64,000 bases of DNA from Raillietiella orientalis (Eukaryota), in the NCBI GenBank assembly GCA_036172245.1, contig JAYWIR010000008.1, positions 4,712,001-4,776,000 of the forward strand. Direction: 5' to 3'. Under the pieces are notes generated by a model, which saw only the letters and a list, made by a program, of their open reading frames with translations, was not told the DNA's origin and ran no database searches. The stretch's first letter is position 1. Every line of letters starts with the position of its first letter. The position numbers and the translations under genes were made by a program. This document shows, in pieces, positions 54,610 through 64,000 of this stretch.

Positions 54610-57600
54610 GAACAGGAACAAGCGAATCCTCGTAAAGAATTACTTAATTCCGCTAAGCCATTCAGATATATCAAGATTGAAATTGTGTTATCGCTGGTAA
54701 GGAGAAGCTCCTAATGAAAAGTATACTTTGAACAAGGAAGAAAAAGAAGAAGAAGGAGCAAAAACAGAAAAGCAAGGATCCGTATGGATGGTTTCCTGAA
54801 TCTCGAAGACAGTTAACGAAGTGCCTTGTTTATCATCATCTCGGGGAAGACAAGTTCATGATAAGATTCCGGAGTTCCAATGAGGCAACAGACTCGAAAA
54901 GCATAGAAACAAAAAAAAATTGGATCTGATCTGGTTTTCTTGGCCTTTGATACTCAGAGCTATTCCAGAATTTCAAGCAAAGGCTGAACAGTTAGGAGGT
55001 GCAATCAGATAATTACATGTCATTACGAGCAACACACACACAAGCACCCAAAACACACAAATAAATCAAGGAGATACTTCGTACCAATGAAAATGCTAAT
55101 TCTCCCTGATAGCTGGAGCTCACCAAAGTGATAACTGGCACTCCACATTTCAGGAAACTCTGGCCTACATGATTTTCTAAATTTGGATGTAGGTCAAATG
55201 GCAGATTTATTTCACTGAAGACGAGCATTTGAAAAAAAAAAAATTAACGATATTCCAAAAAACTCTTGCTTGCAACGAGGAAAAACTGGCGAAGCAGCAG
55301 CAGATTCTTACAGCAGCAGTCTGCTGCCCTGTTGCCATGGTGTGCGGAAAGGAGCTATCTTATCGTACCGAGCGTGGAAAACAGACACAGAAAACTCTCT
55401 CATCTTGAGGCTCTACTTCTATCTAGCAGAGGGAACTTTATTCTAGCGAGGACAGGGACGAGGAATGCGCTAATGATAGGAAAAGAATTACCCTGCTGTT
55501 GAAAATTTTAGTGATGTAGGACTTCTCCGGTCTCTGACGATGAATCCGCAAGGGATGCCAAGTGACAACAGTCATCATCATTTATATATTATTAACGTCG
55601 CATTTGTAATGAACAGTTAGCGAGGACTAGTTGGAAGCACAAATCCAAAACGACAGGCGACATGAGAAAGAACGCCATACTTGGAGGGATGTGCTTCCAA
55701 GCAGAGGAGAGCAGAACATTTCACGAAAAGAGAACGTATGCAACGTGTTTTCTTTCTGTCGCTTTTTTTCTTTTCCTTCCCCCCCACCCCCACCCCCCCA
55801 TGTGGATGTATCCATGGATACGCATAAACACGATGTATAAAGATATGCAATAAAAAACCGACCTTCTCTAACCTTCTACAGCAGCTGGAAAGACAAAGAA
55901 AGAGATTTCTGGTCGTCCTCGTGAATGATAAGGTTTACTCGATTCCATGCGATGAAATTTCAGCATCTCGTTCTGACTGTTCTCTTGTAATGGCATTGAA
56001 GTTTCTCCGTTCTTGCGGATCTTATTTTTTGTACAGTCGCAATCCTAAAGGTGTTGAATGCGTCATTCTGGGTAACCTACCTTCCCCCACACCCCACGAG
56101 CAAAGCTGCTTCTTGTAGGAATGGGAACAACAAGAAGATTCCGATTTTTCCGTATTAAAGACAACAGGATACATAAAGGGCTCTGCTGCCTGGAAGAGCT
56201 TTGGAACGATTTCTACGAAGCGCGTCCAGTCAGTTGATGGTGCTCGAGTATGCAGATGACACTAAAGTGTAGGAGTGTAAGCGCCAGTACGCAGCTCCCA
56301 GCAGCATCACTGGTCACGGTTCAGACACTCCAGAGATCAACGCAGCGCCTCCACTTTTTGATGGTTGTATGGTGGATTGCTGCAGCTTTAGATCTTTAGT
56401 AGCTGTACCGAATGAAAGTTGAGATTTGAAGATTTCAAGAAGAATCTGCGTGCCGTTACAAGACGTCTCCGTGGTACGGGCATCTTTCGCAACATTCCCA
56501 TGGTAAGGACAGATCTGCGTGAAACATCGGATGGCACGTGCCGTGCAAGCTGTGGTGTGACCATCAGCAAGACTCCAAGGGTGTAGCGTTTCTTGGAGAA
56601 GGATGCTGAGGTTTCATACATTCCCCGCGATGCAAAATACAGAAGATTTCTTAAGTCTTTGCTAGTGTGGTACACACGAACTTTCGTTTCCTCTTATTCG
56701 AAGGTCTTGTTCCCTAAGAGATGAAGCAGTCTTTTTGCCGCTAAAACAAAGCTACTCTTGAACATCACGAGACATTCACAAGTTCTCCAGGAGTCGCGGC
56801 ATCTGCGAATGATACAGCACATGTGAAAAAAGTTACTCAGATCTCTTGGGCAGGTCTGGTATTCTGTCTGGTTTCTTTGGTTTCTCGGGGTTGCACGCAC
56901 GCAAACCACCTCACAGGCTCAAGGATTCCCTTCAACGACTCCACCGAGAAATCACATTTAGGATGAGCTGAATGTTCTCTTGGTGGACGTCTCCATACCC
57001 ATCTTGGAATTTAATCTGAGCACCCATCGCAGATCTTTCTGAATGAAATGGAGATCTGCAAAACCCTCTTCTCTAGATAGAGACGAAAGATGAAAGCATC
57101 ATACATCACGGTTGCTCTTATCGTACGCCTCCTTCTACAAACAGATGTCCAATTTTTCGAGTTGATCTTCCCGACTTGACGTTTCATAGTCTGCCGCACA
57201 TGGAACTTTCACAATAGATCTTCCCATTCGAGGAGATTATTCCATCTCCTGAACGTGTTCAGAAGGTTTCATTCCAGAATCTAGAATTTGGAAAGCATTT
57301 TCTTTTTTACGGTTTTTGTTTTTTTAGATTGATTGATTAGCAAGTAACAGCGAAAGACGATGGAGGCATTTCGTACCCGGCTGCAAGTGCGGATTCATCA
57401 ACACCAAACGGCAACGTTACTGCTTGGCTGTTTGCACAGTTGCGTTTCATGATAAACTCTGATCACACATTTCATTTCAGCTAGAAGCTCCAGTTGCCAA
57501 GCTCCAGCGGGGATCCCTGCCCATGTGAGGAACCATGGGATCCTTTGGAAGTTCTTGCTTCAGTTTCCTACGAAGACCTCACGTGCTTGCAGTTGAGATT

Positions 57601-58762
57601 GCTTGGCGTCAGACGCCCTTCAGCTCTTTTCCTGGGCAATCCAAATAAGGTTTCAAATGAACCGCCACACCTTGGATGAAAAGAATGATGCTGAAAAGGA
57701 CGCTGCTGCCTCAGCATGCGGCCCCACGAAGCAATCTTGTTTCCAGTTCCAATTTCATAGCCAGTTCCGATTCCCTTGACTCTCCAGCACATTTCTTTGC
57801 AGAAACGAAACTTTTACACCACTTGTAGCTTTGTGCAGCGTTAAATGGATGTTTGCTTATTTATTTATTTTAACTTCAGATCTATGTAACGTAAGAAAGC
57901 TTCGCTATTGAATTCCCTTTTGCCCATAGGGCAAAAAAAAAAAAAAAAAAATCCGCGTCAGCATTTCGTATCTCCTTTTTACATTTGTATTTAAATAGGG
58001 ATGCGGCTGAATATTCACAAGATTTTTTCAAACACACAGCTGTCCGAAAACGTTGATGCTAACGAAGTAATTATGCAAATGCTCTGCCTAATGTGGCATC
58101 AATATTTATCACATGAAAACAACGATATAATCTGTATTTATTCAAAAATTATGCAATCAGGTGTATGTTGTCATACATAATAGTTGCATTATTATTCTAT
58201 CTGAAATAATGTGTGAAATTTCAATTGCACTTTCTACGAATTTCGTTGCTGCAACAGCGAGCGTTTGCAAGAGGCTGAGGTTTCTTCTTCTCTCTCTCTC
58301 TCTCTCCCGTGGAAGTGTCTTTGGACACGACGCTGTCCAGGAGTTCCCGGAAAAGTAGTCTGCGAAGGGAAGATGCTGCAGATCACTGGTCACCTAGCAC
58401 GGGCGCCGCGGGCAATCATCGATCGCGCACCAAAGCAAGATTTCCCGAAAGGGGGTGGGGGTGTCCTGAATTTCGGGAAAGGGGGTGAGGAGGGACCTTA
58501 TTCGATTTCCGTTCAAACTGTAAAGCCTGGTAAACCGCGGCTGGTAACGGCCGGAGCAAATGAATACAACTGCCATGGCAGCTGCTTTCCAGTGCTTTCT
58601 AATGAATTATTTTCCAGCCGGGAGGGTTGGTGTTAACCGCAACTGAAGAAAAAAAAAAAAAAAAAGGAGAAAGAAAGGAAAAAGTAAGCAAAGAATGCAT
58701 CCTGCATCTCGTAAATGAATGGAAAGCATCTTTTAGCGCCGCTCAGGGCAGACACCCCAACA

Positions 58763-58886
58763 AAAGCGTCGCTGCCGACATGCAGCTACATAGCAACCAG
58801 GGCAAAGCGTCGCTGCCGACATGGAGCTGCATGGCAACCAGGGCAAAGCGCGCGTCTCTGTCAACATGGAACTACATGGCAACCAG
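58763..58886. repeat. Tandem repeat, three imperfect copies of a 41-bp unit
   Basis: AAAGCGTCGCTGCCGACATGCAGCTACATAGCAACCAGGGC (58763-58803), AAAGCGTCGCTGCCGACATGGAGCTGCATGGCAACCAGGGC (58804-58844), and a third more diverged copy with a 4-nt insertion (58845-58886). Confidence 0.92.
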
Positions 58887-59254
58887 CAGGTAAAACGGCC
58901 TTCCGTGCCTTCCTACACGGATGCTAAATTTTCAGCTGTACCGGTAAGTGACCATTCATTCAAAGAGAAAAAGAAAGAAAGATAGAAAAGACCGTCGTCG
59001 CGAGCGTCGACCATTTTGCAAAGCAAGCACAATAATTTCGTGCAAACTTGACGGCTGTAGAAAAAAAAGAAGAAGAAAAAAAAAAAAAAAAGCGGTTTGA
59101 TCGTAAAACAGTTTCGTGTGTGCGCCTGGCTGTGTGTATGGTGCACGTGTGTTCGTCACTCGGGAGTTTTCGTGTTTTCGAGGATATCGTACATCCGAGA
59201 AAAGCCAGTCGAATGCTCACCGAGGAGATTCACTGCACTCTCGAATGACGACGA

Positions 59255-59258
<4 letters not shown>

Positions 59259-59292
<34 letters not shown>

Positions 59293-59300
59293 CGTGTGTG
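59259..59300. repeat. (TG)n microsatellite
   Basis: About 13 perfect TG units plus an imperfect tail. Confidence 0.95.
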
Positions 59301-62300
59301 CCACATGCATCATTTCGATAAACACGCCGGAATGAACCACACACGTTGTGTCCACCTTCGTGAAAATCGATCCGTACTTTCTGATCTTGAAATGTGCAAT
59401 TGGAAATAATGGTTTGCGCTTTCATGCAAAATTATTTTTGCAGTAGCAGCGCCGGCGGCACTGAACCCCCGGAGAATTCTGCTTTTATCCATGGCAACGT
59501 TTGCATGTGTGTCAGCCTCCCTGCAGGCGGAATGACCACGGACACCTCTAAAACCCTCGCGCCCCGCTCCGGAGGAAAGCAGACTTTATCATCACTTCCA
59601 ACGGGAAGGATGGATTGATTAGCTTCTCTCCTCGCAGTTTGATTTCGAATCGCGAAACCGACTTTGCTCAAAGAAGAATTCGCTCTCCGTCGTCGATGCG
59701 CAGTGTTTCCAACGGAACACCACAGCGCGCCTCCTCCATCAAACTCGCCTCGTAGATAAAATCGGAATGAAGAGGCATTTCGCCTCCTTCCAAAAGTCGG
59801 AAACCGATTTCTTCTTCTTCTTCTTTTTCCTTCGTCTTTTACTTTCTTCTGTGTTTAGAAGCTCACAAAATAAAGAAGAGCGTTGAGCCATGAAAAAGGC
59901 GGACATCCAAGATTCATAGAATGGATCGGTGCCTTCAACTTGGCATCTGAATTGGTTTTCCAAATTTTCAAAATATCGAATCTAAAAATCGGCCAGGGTG
60001 CGACTCACTTCATCTGCTTTGCATCATGACAGATTCGGTTGCATGTCGTGTCCAAAGCACCTCTTGGCACAAGAGCCGTCCGAGGAGCAGACGCGTTTTC
60101 ACTAGCAGAGGAAGAAAATCTTTCTAAAACCATATTTTTCTCCAAAATCGGCACAGAGCGTCCTACACCCAGACAGACGCACTTGCGAGCAATTACGCCG
60201 CTTTTATAGATACCGAAGGATCAACCGCGCCGTCCAGCATCCAATTGATCCAACAAGATAAAAAGTTTCCACGAAGGACATTTTGAAATCGCCGGTTCGC
60301 AAAAGGCACACAAACACGCGAAGTTTGGTGTCGGGCCGATTCGTTTGGACTTCATCGACCTGGTTTCTTGCGAGCAGGAAATGTGGTTGCGTTCTTCAGG
60401 TGGCCACACGGAAGTCACCTGCTCACGGGATCCTTTTTTCCTCTTTTCCTTTTCTTTTCGCCCGAATTGCTTCCAGTTACGAAGGAGCCACTCTGAGATC
60501 TGTTTTCCGGATGAGGGTACGAAGAGAGAAAAGAGTGCAGCGCTCAAGTACACCAATGGAGCTATCGATTCCGAGGGCTTAAGGATAACGAAAATTCGAG
60601 ATTTGCTGCTGCTCTTGAGGAATCATTTGTCGCAAGAACGACTTTCTCGCAGAAGTTGATTACAAAATGGTGCATAGTGACGTAGAACTCGATCCACAGG
60701 AGACTGTGTACATCAATAAGCTTAAGATCAGTTTACGGCGACATTCACAAAACTCTCGCCGTGGGCATGAAATGCAGAAGGCAGTGATGAAGATCCGTCG
60801 AATCTTCATATTTCAATCACATGAATGCATTTGTTTCACTTGGAGAGGAGAAAAACAAAACAAAAAAAAATTCCAAAAATGAATATCGTTTCCATATAAA
60901 ATCATTTCAGTATACCAAAGACAGTAACAAAAAGTGTATCAGATCCACAAAAGCTGTTCGATGGTTTCTAATCCGTTTTGAATCGGAATTTTACCTTGCT
61001 TTTTAAACGATTTTTTTTTTTTTTACTCTAGAGACGTGTGTCGTGCATCTGAGAGTTCACCAAACCAGCAGAAATCCATGTATACACCGCACCTGTATTC
61101 AACAAAGCTTTGTATTTTAGCAAATATATCTTGTATTCAACAAATGTATGAACTCTCAAAGTGAGTCTGTAAGAAAATTACCCGATTTTTTGCAGCACCT
61201 AATAACAAATTACCACATCTCCATGATTTTATTTTATTTTTATTTTTTTTTTGGAAAAATTTGCAAAAAAAACTTCTTAGATAGAGAAAACTAGATGATA
61301 GCATGTGGAAATCGCAAATAAACTATTCCAAGGAATGCCCTTCGATCAACGTTTCCATTCTCATTTTTCCAAGTGCACCTTTCCATTGATGGAACCACTT
61401 TTTCGCGGCAGAGGGTCCCCGAAGCCAGAATGAAGCCCACTCCTGCGCGACTCGCACTGAAATTCCATTTCATTGAGTTTCGGTTTCAGCAGCACAAAAA
61501 AAAAAAAAAAAGAAGAAGAAGAACATTCTTTTTGCCCGTCTGCGCGTCGATCATCACCGAAAACACCAACATTCTCCCGTGCACCTCTCTGGTCGATACG
61601 GCGATAATTTTTCTGTTTCGGTGTGTTTAACCATCGCTCCGAAATCTTGCGTTCAGAAATACATACCTACATCTTGCCCCTCAACCTATCTGCTTTCTGC
61701 ATTTCCGGGACTGCGTTCCTGCTATCCCCGTGCCTTCTTCCTCCTGTGCCGTTTCCATGCACAAGGGCGGGGTGAAAACAAAGTTTTCTTTAGAGACCGC
61801 AGTATTCATACGCGCTGCTGAACCAAAGCTGGTGTTTGAACGTGTTTCGCCTAATTGACTTTTAATCAATTCTACAGTGCGACATCGCAACTTTCTGAAT
61901 TTGTTTAGACACTAGGCTGAATCTAAAAGGATAGCAACATTGCATTAGAGAGAAGTTGAACCATTTATCCTAATCATTTTATCCAACCGATGGCGTGTGC
62001 TTTTTCCTCTAGAAAAGATACTTTGTTGCTTGTCCATGGCTTGAAACCTCAAGTTGCAGGTCATTCTGTTGCAAATCTGCTCTTCCAATGTGATTCTGAC
62101 TTATCTGTGTATTATAAAAGTCCTCAAAAGGATACTTTGAGGAACGAATCACAGTTTCCAAATGAGAATGCAGTTTCCCCAAAGTACACATGTAACTGTG
62201 TGTGAAATATAGATGGACAAACTCAGATGAGATTGGATTTCGTTCTCGGTTCTTTACAACACCTGTCAGCACCTTATAAATTCGAAAATGATATAGGAAT

Positions 62301-64000
62301 ACCTTTTTTAAAAAAAAAAAAAAAAATGTGTGCAAGCGCAAATTTCGGGACTTCTAACAAAAAGTACTGTGCCCCCAAATGGAACCCAATATCTTTGCAT
62401 TCCATGTCTTCTCAAGCATTGTTTCAGCCCTTTGACCTCTTTGGTTCTGCAAGAAAATTCGGCAAGCAGTTAGAGCATTGGCATCATATGAGAATACTTT
62501 GCAACATTTCTTGCAGCGTTGCGGAGAATGCAAACCTTTTTAGTATTGCTCTCTCTATTCAATGGCGAAAGTTCTTGCAAAATCGACTTGCTAATCGACA
62601 GATTGCAGGGTCTGAAAGCATCTGAAATGTTTTTGATGATAAGGTAATTTATCCCAATACAATATATCTTCTGTGTGCACTCGGGTTCAATATTCTCTTA
62701 GAAATGAATTTTGCATGTCTTTTATTTGTCTCCTATATTTTCTGAGGCGTTCATAATTACTACGTGTGCTGAGGACCACTTTCTGATTTGTTTTCTTGGC
62801 TGGATTGGCAGATGTAAAAAAAAAATTTCTCTCTCCCTCTCTCTCTGTCTTCAGATGCTTTGGAACTTATGCCATGAATTTTCGAGGGAAATGTATTTCC
62901 TCGAAAATTTCCATATCGTCCCAGCGTCCAATCTGCCTCAAAAACAGTGATATGTCCCAGCCTACTATTTGCGACAGGCTCGAACCCGAGAATTTGAGTT
63001 TTGTCATTCGGTTTCTCGTGACTATTCTGTTTAAATCATTGCGGAGGATGCCACGGGAAGTATCTCAGCAGTTTCGAGTTTTCCGTTGAATTCTCAGCAG
63101 GGAAGATGCCAGCATTTAGCAAACTGCTGCTTTCCACTTGAATGCTGTAATTTTCCTTCTGGTTTCAAGAGTTTGCTCCCCATTTAACCCGGAATTCGAT
63201 ATGTCGGTCAAGCGATTTGCATTAGTGTCTTTTTTGCATGCCATGCATCACTCGCCAGCTACCCTTACGTTTCGAAAATGCAAGTCGGTACATAGTTTTG
63301 ATCACCCGAATCGCGTTGATCCACTAGAAGGGCTCTAGAATTGGAAAAATATTCATTTGTGTAAGATATTTTAAGTGTGAATCGCTCTTCTTTTAATCGT
63401 TCTTCAAGTCACGAAGTTATCCTATACATCATGCGAACCAAAGTCTCAGAGCAAGTGTTATGACACCCGCCATACATAATAATCAATTGCATCGGTGAAA
63501 TCGTAATTTCGGTGTAAATGAAAATATAAGATCAAGAAAGCAAGGTTTTCCACGCAACTAGCAACATCCGTTATTCGGCATCATGTGGAAGAAGAAGAAA
63601 AACAAGTTGGTAAACGGAGACGAAGCCTTGCAGGGTGACAGAAAAACTAGGTTTTCTGCTGCAGGAAACCTCGAGCCCTGGGGAGTTGGCTGCAAATCAG
63701 GGGATTCCAGATGCAACCCGGAGCGGTGGCAAACCCTAATGTTTGTTCTGTTTATCACTGGTTTTGCTGAGTGGAATTTTATTTGCGCTAGCCGAGTCTG
63801 TCCGAGGAAAGTGCTATCTTCATCGGTGCCGAATTAATGCGGGATTCACCCATCTCATTGCTTTTAAAACTGCTAATTAGCTCGAGCCACTGACTACTTG
63901 CTTATTTTCTTTCTTCTATATGCGTACCTACGATTATTGTATGCCCACAGTACCCACTGGCTGCATACAGCTCGCCGTACATGTTGACGTGTCTTTGAAA

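Noticed and set aside
58763..58886. CRISPR-like appearance of the 41-bp repeats
   Set aside because: Units are contiguous with no unique spacers, there are no cas genes, and the DNA is eukaryotic.

Overview
Eukaryotic, most likely arthropod, genomic DNA with no prokaryotic features. Two genes can be built exon by exon, both on the minus strand. One is a complete 13-exon Na+/K+-ATPase alpha subunit (9630-15262, 1038 aa, N-terminus of the Drosophila Atpalpha type). The other is a 4-exon NPC2/ML-domain lipid-binding protein (3804-5035). The first 8 kb is very GC-rich, the ATPase gene body is strongly CpG-depleted, and about 16-64 kb has no recognisable coding sequence. The best finding is that the pump keeps the sensitive Q111 and N122 but has unusual residues at other cardiotonic-steroid binding positions: T797V (needs two nucleotide changes), I787M, I315V and K120. 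This suggests a non-canonical route to ouabain/bufadienolide resistance. Secondary leads: candidate alternative ATPase first exons, a cryptic in-phase exon in one oversized intron, two unrelated perfect 15-bp hairpins, a pogo-like MITE relic, and a possible 5' end of a plus-strand gene near 58.8 kb (41-bp repeats with RFX half-sites, a 46-nt intron, an 8-nt microexon). I see no convincing wholly new multi-gene system.
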